A DNA stretch of 42,263 nucleotides from the NCBI GenBank assembly GCA_001823055.1, contig MHTH01000006.1:1-42263 (forward strand), in the 5' to 3' direction. The notes beneath the pieces are model-generated. The model saw nothing but the letters and a program-made list of their open reading frames with translations. It did no database searches and was not told the DNA's origin. Numbering within the stretch: the first letter of the stretch is position 1; each line of letters begins with the position of its first letter. The DNA comes from Candidatus Vogelbacteria bacterium RIFOXYB1_FULL_42_16 (GTDB lineage: Bacteria; Patescibacteriota; Minisyncoccia; Phycocordibacterales; XYD1-FULL-46-19). The translations under genes and the position numbers were made by a program. This document shows, piece by piece, positions 18,977-28,255 of this stretch.

Positions 18977-20992
18977 TCATATGATGATGTCCTGATCAAG
19001 GACGCCCTTGGGCATAGCAAATGGTGCTGATTGATGAATTTTATGATAGGAACCATCGGGCATCTTTTCTTCGACGGTCAAATAATAAGTGCCGGGACGA
19101 ACCAAGACATACAGTCGGCCCAACTGATCGGTACTGGCCGACTTGATCGGCTGATCTATACCCGGCAAATATAGACGTACCAGAGAAAAAGCTAACGGCT
19201 CGCCGTTAGCGCGACGAATCGAAATAATTTTATGCTTGATAATTCGAACTTTCTGATAAACCAAAATACCGACATAGGCAATAAGCAAAGAAAAATCGAG
19301 CACCGAAGGCGCTACCACCACCTTAAACAGCGATAGGGCAAAACCGGTATAAAAAACGCCGGCCAAAACTCGACGACGAGTCGCTTCTTTTCTGGTGTAA
19401 ATTTGGAAAAAATTAATTTTGGTTTTGGCAAATTCGTTCCAATCAAAACCTATCGGATCCAGAGGTACATTCAATCTGATGATTTGATTTCCATCGTGCG
19501 CTAAAGGTGTGCCAAAATAAAGATTGTCATAAAGCTCGTCCTGCGTCTTGCCTTTTAAAGTGGTTGACGGAAAACGATAATTAGTTTTACCAACTTTGAT
19601 ATAGTAGACATCCTTGGGCAACAAAAAACCAAAACGACCATCAATATCAGTAATAGCGCTGGTGACTTCTTTACCCGTCCCATTTTCCACTGTCACATAA
19701 GCCGGATCGATCGGTTGTTTTGTCACCGCATCAAAAACCGTGCCCCATTCTGGCCGTTTACGTCTGATACCAAGCCATGATAAAAATGAATAGATTAGAC
19801 GCATTAAGAGTAAGTAAAGATCATAAACGGAATGGACATTGGTCGTCATTAAAATAATTTGCGATAAACCGGCGCCCAGGCCCATCATGGTCACAAGCGG
19901 ATCAATATATTTTTCCAAAGCGTCGATCAGGCCGGAAGTTCGTAAAAAAGAGACGCCGGCCACTTGCAAACTGCCAGTGATTTTTTTAACGGTTTGATCT
20001 TGATAATTGATGACATAGATCGTGACCGGAAAAACTCCGTTACGCCAAAAAGGTGATAGGTTGGCCAAATATCTACCCTCGCCATCATCACGCATAATAA
20101 AAGAAAAAGAGCGAGTAACATTTTTTGGATCGGAAATAACTACTCCGATCGTTTTTAGCACTGTCGGTAAAGAATTTTTATCAATCTCAATCATTAAATT
20201 TTTAGTTCCCTGAATTTTGACTTTGGCCCCAGCGCTAAAATATTTAGTCAATTCACCAATCTGGCGCAGAATAAAATCACTAATCGTGACAGTCGATTTA
20301 GCGCCAGGTAAAAAAGCAAATGGGTCACTGCCACAATTACCATCAGGACAGATTTCTCCTTCCTTTAAACCGATAGCGCTAGCCACCGCCCCAGAAGAAT
20401 ATTCCCCGGCCTGATTTTTAACGAAAGCGGTGTAATAATAACGCACCCTAAATTCAACCGCCGGATCAACCACGTTTTCAGCCGAACCTTCATAAACGAC
20501 CGCACCATCTTCCGGATTGGCGGGAATACCAAAAGTCGAACGGACAATCCGAACCGCTTCAAAACCCTCAAAATTGGGGTTGGACCAAGTTAAATAGATT
20601 TTTTGTTGATTAATATTAAATTCGGCTTGAAAATTGGAAACATTTGGCACGGTCTCACGATAAAGACAAGGCAAATCTTCACCATAATTGAAAGCTTGCC
20701 GATCTTCACATTTGGTCGAATAGACACAAGCCTCTTCCGCACCGTAATTGGTCGCTTTAGGATCATCACAAGTCAAACCACCACCCCCCCCTCCATAGGT
20801 ACAAGGCAAAGCCCCACCATAATTGTTGGCCAACGGATCGGTACAAGTCGTTGCTGTCGTCGCTGTAACACTCAAGCTGACATTGACCGCATCGGTAGCC
20901 GACCAAACAAAACCACCAATCAGCAATAAAGCAAGAACAACTGGTAAGATAAAAAAATAATTTGATTTTTTAAACATCTTTTTTAAAGACAT
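18977..20992 (-). CDS. Multidomain surface/membrane protein (Cys repeats, FN3-like, carboxypeptidase-regulatory-like domains)
   Basis: N-terminal signal/TM, three C-x-D-x-x-A-x-N-Y...C-x-Y repeats, LTWSNP...YYYTAF FN3-like segment, internal TMs, TDIDGRF and TDQLGRL beta-sandwich motifs. Confidence 0.65.
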   Translation of the reverse strand: MSLKKMFKKSNYFFILPVVLALLLIGGFVWSATDAVNVSLSVTATTATTCTDPLANNYGGALPCTYGGGGGGLTCDDPKATNYGAEEACVYSTKCEDRQAFNYGEDLPCLYRETVPNVSNFQAEFNINQQKIYLTWSNPNFEGFEAVRIVRSTFGIPANPEDGAVVYEGSAENVVDPAVEFRVRYYYTAFVKNQAGEYSSGAVASAIGLKEGEICPDGNCGSDPFAFLPGAKSTVTISDFILRQIGELTKYFSAGAKVKIQGTKNLMIEIDKNSLPTVLKTIGVVISDPKNVTRSFSFIMRDDGEGRYLANLSPFWRNGVFPVTIYVINYQDQTVKKITGSLQVAGVSFLRTSGLIDALEKYIDPLVTMMGLGAGLSQIILMTTNVHSVYDLYLLLMRLIYSFLSWLGIRRKRPEWGTVFDAVTKQPIDPAYVTVENGTGKEVTSAITDIDGRFGFLLPKDVYYIKVGKTNYRFPSTTLKGKTQDELYDNLYFGTPLAHDGNQIIRLNVPLDPIGFDWNEFAKTKINFFQIYTRKEATRRRVLAGVFYTGFALSLFKVVVAPSVLDFSLLIAYVGILVYQKVRIIKHKIISIRRANGEPLAFSLVRLYLPGIDQPIKSASTDQLGRLYVLVRPGTYYLTVEEKMPDGSYHKIHQSAPFAMPKGVLDQDIII

Positions 20993-20997
20993 AGTTT

Positions 20998-21753
20998 TTA
21001 TAGAGCGATAGCAATAATACTAACGACCGCTTGATAAGTGCCTCCGCTCAAACCACTACTGGCACCGGCTTGGGCACGCAATTTGATTGTCGTTGCGGTG
21101 CCACTGGGATTGTTATTGGAATTTCGCAAACTAATAGTTTTGGCCGAAGTCGAAAAATTCAACCAACATCTGTCGGTAGTCTCCAAAGCGCCAGTACCAC
21201 AAGTCGTGCCGTTATCCAAAAAAGAAGTCGCCACATCCGAACCTTCAGCTGTATAGCCGAAATAAGCTTGGTTGGTCGGCACACTCCAAGAAAAATCCGG
21301 CGTCCCCGCGACCGTCACTGGCAAATCGGTAAAACTTCCACCGGCTGAACGCAAAGCCGGACTGGCATCAGCCGAAAGTGTTAAAGAATAACCAGCCGGA
21401 CTATTGGTAGTTATCGTCCAAACCGCAGTCCCATCAGAAGTCCCGCCACCACTAGCATCAATCGCTGGACTAAGCGTCACGTCACTAGGAGAAGAGACGG
21501 TAAGATAAACATCTTCGCTCATCGCTTGATAACCGGCATGGAGATTGTAAGCGTCAGACGAGGTACCGGTGCCGATTTCACCCAAAGTATCTTCCATTTT
21601 ATAATTGGTCGAAGAAGACATTGAGCCACCAAAATTAACACTATCGGCTTGGAGACGATAATTGGGACTGCTGGCCACATAAGCCCCGACCGGTCCAGCC
21701 ATCAAGAGACAGAAAACAATTAAAGAAAAATTTCGAGTAATAAAATTAAACAT
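20998..21753 (-). CDS. Secreted S/T/G-rich beta protein, WxL-like/fimbrial-like
   Basis: Signal peptide; TTNSPAGYSLTLSA; terminal GTYQAVVSIIA strand; one Cys pair. Confidence 0.55.
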   Translation of the reverse strand: MFNFITRNFSLIVFCLLMAGPVGAYVASSPNYRLQADSVNFGGSMSSSTNYKMEDTLGEIGTGTSSDAYNLHAGYQAMSEDVYLTVSSPSDVTLSPAIDASGGGTSDGTAVWTITTNSPAGYSLTLSADASPALRSAGGSFTDLPVTVAGTPDFSWSVPTNQAYFGYTAEGSDVATSFLDNGTTCGTGALETTDRCWLNFSTSAKTISLRNSNNNPSGTATTIKLRAQAGASSGLSGGTYQAVVSIIAIAL

Positions 21754-22663
21754 TTTTTCTTAATTTAAAAACCGCGCGTAAAACCAATAAAAAGCTGGTC
21801 AACAAAATAAGTGTTTGCCACCAATTAGGCAAGACCGCAAAATAAAAAGATCGATCGATTAATTGATTTTGATAACCAAGATTTAAAAATAAATCCGCTC
21901 GATAAATACCCGGTAACCATAAAGGCGACAATTCCACTTCTCGCAGACGAATCGATCGTGGCAACACAAACCAAGGTTCAAGATATTTTGAAGCCAATTT
22001 CCGACCATAAAAACTTTTGAGATAAACGGCACCATAAGGATTGAGGTGGACATTGCCACTGTTTTTATAGGCAACTTGCAGACGCGTTTTCTCGCCCCAA
22101 GTCTGATACCAGGAATCGAGCAGACTAAATTTTTCTATCTGCCCCTCTTCTCGCGTTTGGCCGTTGACTCTAATCAAAAACAAAGCGCCCGCAGAAGTAT
22201 TTAACCGAGCATTGTGAAGATTATCGGTCTCGCTGTCGGTGCCGACAGTGACCAGACCGATAACCGAAGTCGCCGGCCAATCAAAGGGAATAGTGATCTT
22301 GACCGGCATAATGACCTCTTGACCATTGGCCACTTTTTTTGATCCAGCACTAAAACTGACGAGATTAGAAAAAGAAAAAGGGCCAGTGGAAGTCGTGGTA
22401 ATAAAACCTTCTTGACCATAAGCTTGAGGCAAAAGATTACTAACTCCGAGAGAAAAAGTTTTTTCTTGACCCAAAAAATTGGCCAAGCGAAGGTTAACGG
22501 TCTGTGATTGGCCGGGCGCCAACCTGATTTCTTTGCGCGCCGGTGCAATAGAAAAAGTTCCAGCCGTCTGCGGAAGCGCGACCGCCAGCGCTTGAGTAAA
22601 AGCCATCGGACAGAGACAAAACAAACTGATAATAACGATTTTTTTGAAACAAGAAGAAAACAT
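21746..22663 (-). CDS. DUF916/DUF3324-like (WxL-interacting, CscA-like) membrane-anchored protein
   Basis: Signal peptide, IAPARKEIRLAPGQSQTVNLRLAN, NSGNVHLNPYG, C-terminal TM with basic tail. Confidence 0.6.
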   Translation of the reverse strand: MFSSCFKKIVIISLFCLCPMAFTQALAVALPQTAGTFSIAPARKEIRLAPGQSQTVNLRLANFLGQEKTFSLGVSNLLPQAYGQEGFITTTSTGPFSFSNLVSFSAGSKKVANGQEVIMPVKITIPFDWPATSVIGLVTVGTDSETDNLHNARLNTSAGALFLIRVNGQTREEGQIEKFSLLDSWYQTWGEKTRLQVAYKNSGNVHLNPYGAVYLKSFYGRKLASKYLEPWFVLPRSIRLREVELSPLWLPGIYRADLFLNLGYQNQLIDRSFYFAVLPNWWQTLILLTSFLLVLRAVFKLRKNV

Positions 22664-22664
22664 T

Positions 22665-24398
22665 TTATTTTTTAATCGGCGTCAAAAGAAAAATATAATT
22701 TTCATTCGGGTTGAAGACCGGAGAAATTACTCCGGCTTTGCGACTGGCATCAAAGTCAACATTGATTCGATCAGAAAACATCTCTTGGATTTTGGTCTTT
22801 AATTTTTGATCATCTTCAGCCTTGCCGGACGAAGGCGCGACAATCAAACCCTCGACTCCGCCTTGGGATAAATTATTGGCGGAAGTTTTTTGAACCACTT
22901 CGGAGAATTCCTGACGCAAATCGTTACGTAATCGGTTGGTAATTTTTTCTTCTAATAATTTAACTTGGTCGGCGTTAATCGCTGTCGCCTGCGTCGCTTT
23001 CTTCAGATCTCTTTCGTCGTCATTATTAAGACCTAAAAATTGACCCCAATTTTTAACAACCGCTTGCCAAAGGCCTTGGACAAAACCAATACTCCAATGC
23101 CCAAAAGCTTTGAGACGATCGACAATAACTTGAAAAATTTCTACTGAAGTATCATAAACACCTAGAAACTTAATCGTTGCTAAAACATAAGATTGATCAG
23201 ATTGAAGTTGGACGGTGTTTTGAATTTTTTTGATTGGTTGGCCAATCAAATGGCCAACTTTTTGCCAAAAATCTATCACAGCCGTTTTGACTTTAATCAA
23301 GAAATCGACGGCCAGCGATGAAATTGAAGTCAAAGAAAAACTCGAGGAAATTTGTTTTTCGCTCGAAACGACGACGGGCTCAACATTTTCTGTCGCCACT
23401 TGACCAACCAAAGCGACTTCACCGGCGGTAAAGCGCGTTGTCAAATCGACTAAAGGTTGAAAAAATAGAATCGGAGCTAGGTGAATAATTTGTTGCGGTA
23501 AATCATAAACCACCGACCAAGCTTTTTCCGAAGCCAGATAAATCTTTCGATTAAATTTACTCGCCCCCTCCCCCAGGCCAGTAAAGACTTGTGCTAAAAA
23601 AAGAGTCGATCGCTGATCAAATTTATCCAAAGAAGAAATGGTGGCCACCATTTTTTCTTTCGGGACGACAGCAGAAGGAAGAGAAAAATCTGGCATTGAT
23701 AATTTGGCCAAAAAACTAAAATCAAACAAAGAAAAAGTTTGAGAAAAAACTTTTTTACCTAAATTGAAAGTAAGCAATGATTTTATCTGGAGTAAAGAAG
23801 AGGTCAGACGTTGCCAAACGATATCCCGACCTTGATCAACAGAATAAACCAACCAAGTTTTAGATTGATCGACAAAATAGACTAATCCTTTTTGACTTTG
23901 GCCGGCACTCTCGGCCAACCAATCGATCGAAGAGGCTAATTGATCCGCAGTAAATTCCCAAAGTTGATGACCAAATTTACCCAATTGAGACAAACTGATA
24001 AAAACCGAGGCTTCGAGCTCGTTCCAACTTTGGTTTAGACTCGGCAACGGTGAACTAATTTTTAAATCAAGATCTAAATTTACTCTTTCCAACGATCTTG
24101 GTAAAGATTGAGAAACCGTCGCTAAACCAACCGTGCTGATCGTTGACAATCTGGCGCTTAAATCAGGAAATTGAGGCCATAAAAAACCGCCGGCTTTTTG
24201 GCCAACCAAAAAAGAAAAAACCAAAACCGCAGAAACAACAACCAAAGGCAAAAAGTCGGGTTGTTGTTTTTTTTCCGCGAGCACAGGCAAGGATATTTTT
24301 GTCGTCAGTTGAGGGCTCAATGGCAAGGCACAAAAACCATTTCTATTGACGCCACGACAAACTGCCGATGTTTTCGATTGCTTACCGGAAACAGCCAT
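22665..24398 (-). CDS. Large membrane-anchored hypothetical protein
   Basis: N-terminal TM, long amphipathic helical region, coiled coil, small globular C-terminal domain; first gene of the surface cluster. Confidence 0.6.
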   Translation of the reverse strand: MAVSGKQSKTSAVCRGVNRNGFCALPLSPQLTTKISLPVLAEKKQQPDFLPLVVVSAVLVFSFLVGQKAGGFLWPQFPDLSARLSTISTVGLATVSQSLPRSLERVNLDLDLKISSPLPSLNQSWNELEASVFISLSQLGKFGHQLWEFTADQLASSIDWLAESAGQSQKGLVYFVDQSKTWLVYSVDQGRDIVWQRLTSSLLQIKSLLTFNLGKKVFSQTFSLFDFSFLAKLSMPDFSLPSAVVPKEKMVATISSLDKFDQRSTLFLAQVFTGLGEGASKFNRKIYLASEKAWSVVYDLPQQIIHLAPILFFQPLVDLTTRFTAGEVALVGQVATENVEPVVVSSEKQISSSFSLTSISSLAVDFLIKVKTAVIDFWQKVGHLIGQPIKKIQNTVQLQSDQSYVLATIKFLGVYDTSVEIFQVIVDRLKAFGHWSIGFVQGLWQAVVKNWGQFLGLNNDDERDLKKATQATAINADQVKLLEEKITNRLRNDLRQEFSEVVQKTSANNLSQGGVEGLIVAPSSGKAEDDQKLKTKIQEMFSDRINVDFDASRKAGVISPVFNPNENYIFLLTPIKK

Positions 24399-24449
24399 AA
24401 TTAGATTAATAATACATCAAAAAAGGGTTGAATTAAACCTTTTTTACAA

Positions 24450-24458
24450 TGTGGATAA
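24450..24458 (-). promoter_or_regulatory. Consensus DnaA box upstream of priA
   Basis: TGTGGATAA is the reverse complement of TTATCCACA and lies in the divergent intergenic region. Confidence 0.4.
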
Positions 24459-24488
24459 GTTTTGCTAAATGAGCTAGGATAAACCTGT

Positions 24489-26426
24489 ATGAAGATCATC
24501 ACTGTCGCCCCTTTATCAAAAGCGATTTTTAAAGAAAACCTAACTTATTTTAGCGCTCAAGATTTGGAGATCGGCTCGATCGTTCTGATTCCCCTACGTA
24601 ATAAGATTATCGAAGCCCTAGTCACTGAGACGCACGAGACGGAAAACCTGAAAAGCGAGTTGCGATCTTCTGATTATCCGCTAAAAAAAATTAAGGCGGT
24701 TAAATATAAAAATTTTTTTGCCCCCGGCTTTATCGAGACTGCTCAAAAAACCGCTGATTTCTTTGTCGTCCCCTTAGGCCAAGTAATTAAAAGTTTTACC
24801 CCCCTCGCCCTTCTTTCATCGTCCACCAGTAAAACCAAAGAACAAAAAAATGATCGTACCGAAAAAAACGAGAAAAATTCTGCCTCAAAAACCAAAATTG
24901 AAAAATTCGTCCTGCAAGAACCGGATGAAGATCGCTTAGCTTTGTATAAAAAATTGATTCGTGAAGCCTTTGCCCAAAAACAATCGGTCTTTCTTTGTGC
25001 TCCTACTAATCACGACATCGGTCGCTTGGCTCAAACCTTGAGTCGAGGAATCGAGGATTATGTTTTTGTTTTACGGAGTGACGATCCACCTAAAAAACAA
25101 CTGACTAATTGGAAAAAAACTGCCAGCGCCGATCATCCGATCTTGATTATTGCCACCCCACTCTTTCTCTCTCTGTCTCGACCAGACATAAAGACTTTTA
25201 TTGTTGAAAGAGAAAACGCCACCGCTTATAAACAATTAACCAGACCATTCATTGATGCTCGTTTTTTTATTGAAAAATTGGCCGAAAGCCAAAGAGTAAA
25301 AATTGTTTTGGGTGATATTCTTTTGCGCAGTGAGACGATCGAACGCAGCCGCAATGGTGAATTAGCGCCCCTGTCGCCGATCACCTACCGATCTTTTACC
25401 AGCGCTCAAAAACAAATTTTAATAAATTTAAAGGAAAAGAAAGCCCAAGCGATAGATTTTGGTCTGGCAGTCAGCGAAGAATTGGCCACCTTGATCAGCC
25501 AAACCGACCCCAACGAACGCTGGTTTATTTTTTCCGGCCGACGCGGTTTAAATCCTCTAACGGTCTGCGGTGATTGCGGTTATACTTTTTCTTGTCCTCA
25601 TTGTCATATTCCCCTCACCCTCCATCAACCCAAATCAAATATCAAGAAATCAACGGAAAATTATTTTCTCTGTCATAAATGCGGTCATGTTTCGTCACCA
25701 GAGGATAAATGTCGACATTGTGGTGGTTGGAAATTGGCCTTGCTCGGATCGGGCACGGAAAAAATCGAGGCGGAACTGAAAAAATTACTGCCTCAAGCTA
25801 AAATTTGGCGTTTGGACAGCGATCAAGTCAAGACTGGTCAAAAAACAGTTGAGATTATCCGTGATTTTTATTCTTCTCCCGGTGCTATTTTAATCGGCAC
25901 CGAGATGGCTCTTTTCCATCTGACAGAAAAAATCGAAAATATCGCTATCACTAGTATCGACGCCTATTTTTCCATTCCCGAATTTCGTATTAATGAAAAG
26001 GTCTTTAACATCCTCTTGCGCTTGCGCCATCTGGCTGTGAAAAATTTTGTCATCCAAACTCGCAATTCGGAAGAAGAAGTTTTAAGCTTGGCTTTAAATG
26101 GCAACTCGACCGAATTTCATCGGCGCGAATTATTGGAAAGAAAAAAACTAAAATATCCGCCTTTTTCTCTACTGATTAAAATTTCGGTCAAAAGTAGTCA
26201 CCTAGCGCTAGTAGAAGCGCTGGAAACTCTAAAAGAAGAGCATCTCACTCCGTGGCAGACCGTCATTTATGACAGTTTCGGACCGGCCTCTTTAAACCAT
26301 GAAGCCACCACCAATCTGCTTTTACGCTTGCCAACCACTGATTGGCCTAAAAAAGAAATTTTAGATCTCTTGCGCCAATTGCCACCGACTTTTGTGATCA
26401 ACGTCGATCCGGAAAATATCTTTTAA
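24489..26426 (+). CDS. priA: Primosomal protein N' with degenerate helicase motifs
   Basis: 3'-binding domain-like N-terminus, four CxxC pairs, GTEKIE, RLDSD, ILIGT, YPPF; priA-def-fmt synteny. Confidence 0.88.
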   Translation: MKIITVAPLSKAIFKENLTYFSAQDLEIGSIVLIPLRNKIIEALVTETHETENLKSELRSSDYPLKKIKAVKYKNFFAPGFIETAQKTADFFVVPLGQVIKSFTPLALLSSSTSKTKEQKNDRTEKNEKNSASKTKIEKFVLQEPDEDRLALYKKLIREAFAQKQSVFLCAPTNHDIGRLAQTLSRGIEDYVFVLRSDDPPKKQLTNWKKTASADHPILIIATPLFLSLSRPDIKTFIVERENATAYKQLTRPFIDARFFIEKLAESQRVKIVLGDILLRSETIERSRNGELAPLSPITYRSFTSAQKQILINLKEKKAQAIDFGLAVSEELATLISQTDPNERWFIFSGRRGLNPLTVCGDCGYTFSCPHCHIPLTLHQPKSNIKKSTENYFLCHKCGHVSSPEDKCRHCGGWKLALLGSGTEKIEAELKKLLPQAKIWRLDSDQVKTGQKTVEIIRDFYSSPGAILIGTEMALFHLTEKIENIAITSIDAYFSIPEFRINEKVFNILLRLRHLAVKNFVIQTRNSEEEVLSLALNGNSTEFHRRELLERKKLKYPPFSLLIKISVKSSHLALVEALETLKEEHLTPWQTVIYDSFGPASLNHEATTNLLLRLPTTDWPKKEILDLLRQLPPTFVINVDPENIF

Positions 26427-26495
26427 GTAAGTTTGAGATTCAAAATATAAAGTTCAAAACGGTAAATTTTTTAATTTTCAATTATTAAAGTTTCG

Positions 26496-26504
26496 TGTTA
26501 TAAT
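26496..26504 (+). promoter_or_regulatory. Extended -10 promoter for def-fmt
   Basis: TGTTATAAT about 30 nt upstream of the def ATG. Confidence 0.55.
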
Positions 26505-26533
26505 CTACCTATCTAAGTAAAAAGGTAAATTTG

Positions 26534-27043
26534 ATGGCAAAAATCCTCCAAAAAGACAATAAAATTTTGCGCGCTAAATCGGTCGAGATCGATCCGAAGT
26601 CAATTGGTGGCACCAAAATTAAAAAATTGCTGGCTGAAATGATTACGATCCTCGATGCTTGCCCAGACGGCGCCGCTCTCGCCGCCCCGCAAATCGGGGT
26701 CAATTGGCGAATTTTTGTAGTTTCCAAAAAAATCTTTACTGATCAAAATGACCAGCCAGATCCCAAAGCCAAAGATATCATTTTTATTAATCCTCGCTTG
26801 GTCAAAATTTCCAAGAAAAAGAAAAAGTTGGAAGAAGGTTGTTTGTCGGTGCGAGGCGTTTTTGGTGAAATCGATCGAGCCGAAAAAGCCACCGTTGAAG
26901 CCTATAATGAATTTGGTCAGAAATTTTCCTACACCGGCGCCGGCCTGATGGCGCAAATTTTTCAACACGAGTTGGATCACTTAGATGGTGTGTTGTTTAT
27001 CGATAAAGCTAAAAATCTGGCTCAAGTCGATCTCTTAAACTAG
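26534..27043 (+). CDS. def: Peptide deformylase
   Basis: GAALAAPQIG, EGCLS, QHELDHLDG. Confidence 0.97.
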   Translation: MAKILQKDNKILRAKSVEIDPKSIGGTKIKKLLAEMITILDACPDGAALAAPQIGVNWRIFVVSKKIFTDQNDQPDPKAKDIIFINPRLVKISKKKKKLEEGCLSVRGVFGEIDRAEKATVEAYNEFGQKFSYTGAGLMAQIFQHELDHLDGVLFIDKAKNLAQVDLLN

Positions 27044-27048
27044 ATTTT

Positions 27049-27972
27049 ATGTCTGACAATAAACCAACTTTTGTTTTTTTTGGCACCGATGAATTCAGTG
27101 TCCAAGTTCTAGAAACATTAAGAGAGGACAACCTAATCCCGTCTTTGATTATTACCGTACCCGACAAACCTAAAGGCCGAAAAATGGTTTTGACTCCACC
27201 GCCAGTTAAAACTTGGGCGGAAGCGAACGAAATTGAAGTAATCCAACCAGCCTCGCTAACTCACTTGGAGGTGAAACCTCCAAGTGAGTTAATCGAAAAG
27301 CTAAAAGTTTACCCCGTAGCGAAAAATTTAAATTTTTCTGGTACTGGGGCTATAACATATAACCTTTTCCTCGTAGCCTCTTACGGTCAGATTATTCCTC
27401 GAGCGATTTTGGATCTACCTAAAAACGACACCCTAAATATCCATCCCTCGCTCCTGCCAAAATATCGCGGTCCATCACCACTCGAAACAGTGATCCTAAA
27501 TGGTGACCGAGGAACCGGCGTCACGATTATCAAACTTGATGCGGAAATGGATCACGGACCGATTATTGCTCAAGAAAAATTTTCTTTAGACGATAAGAAT
27601 GATTTTATTAGCCTGCGCGATAAAAGCGCCAGACTGGGCGCGGAAATGTTAATAAAAATTTTACCGGCTTATCTAGCTGGAGAAATCGTCCCGCAAGAAC
27701 AAGATCATTCCCAAGCCACGCTGACCAAGAAATTCACTAAAGAAGATGGCTACTTAAATCCGAATGATACCGATTTGGTTAATTGGCGTAAAATTCTCGC
27801 TCTCAATCCTTGGCCCGGCGCTTATATTTTAATTGAAAAAGATGACCTTAAAATCCGTTTGGCGGTCAAATCAGCTCATCTTGATGACCAAGGTCAATTA
27901 ATCTACGATCGGGTAGTGCCAGCCGGAAAAAAAGAGATGTCTTGGTCTGATTTTCAGCACGGGTTAAAATAA
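27049..27972 (+). CDS. fmt: Methionyl-tRNA formyltransferase (with an in-frame palindromic insert)
   Basis: FFGTDEF, PDKPKGR, NIHPSLLPKYRGPSP, MDHGPI, PWPGAY. Confidence 0.95.
   Translation: MSDNKPTFVFFGTDEFSVQVLETLREDNLIPSLIITVPDKPKGRKMVLTPPPVKTWAEANEIEVIQPASLTHLEVKPPSELIEKLKVYPVAKNLNFSGTGAITYNLFLVASYGQIIPRAILDLPKNDTLNIHPSLLPKYRGPSPLETVILNGDRGTGVTIIKLDAEMDHGPIIAQEKFSLDDKNDFISLRDKSARLGAEMLIKILPAYLAGEIVPQEQDHSQATLTKKFTKEDGYLNPNDTDLVNWRKILALNPWPGAYILIEKDDLKIRLAVKSAHLDDQGQLIYDRVVPAGKKEMSWSDFQHGLK
27257..27291. repeat. Perfect 16-bp hairpin inside fmt (AGGT-GAA-ACCT core)
   Basis: TAACTCACTTGGAGGT-GAA-ACCTCCAAGTGAGTTA. Confidence 0.75.
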
Positions 27973-28237
27973 GACCAAAACTTGTCGAAGGCACACCTTT
28001 TTAGGGGGTCGTCCTCCTTCGCTTCCGCTACGGCGGGACAAGTGAGGTTGTTGAACTGATGTGCGAGATTGGATGTCGCACAAAATTTGTTAAAAAAACT
28101 TACTTAATTTCAAAATGGTTGGGCTTGGGTCTGGGTTTTGAAATTAAGTAAGTTTTTAAACAAATTTATTTCGTAGTGTAAGAAAAATCCGTACCCTAAA
28201 AAGGTGGTGCCGAGTAAAAAGTTTTGGTCTTATTTTA
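27965..28237. repeat. Structured intergenic repeat, copy 2 (expanded)
   Basis: 19-bp outer IR (27965-27983/28219-28237), the same CTTTTTAGGGGGTC...AAAATCCGTACCCTAAAAAG core as copy 1, plus internal hairpins. Confidence 0.75.
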
Positions 28238-28255
28238 GTCCGCTCTTCCTCTCGC

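Noticed and set aside
28116-28135. G-quadruplex in a hairpin loop (GGTTGGGCTTGGGTCTGGG)
   Set aside because: Only three G3 tracts plus one G2; single occurrence; no further support.
27965-28237. raiA-motif RNA next to hpf/raiA
   Set aside because: The structure is downstream of the gene rather than upstream, and its core recurs at an unrelated locus.
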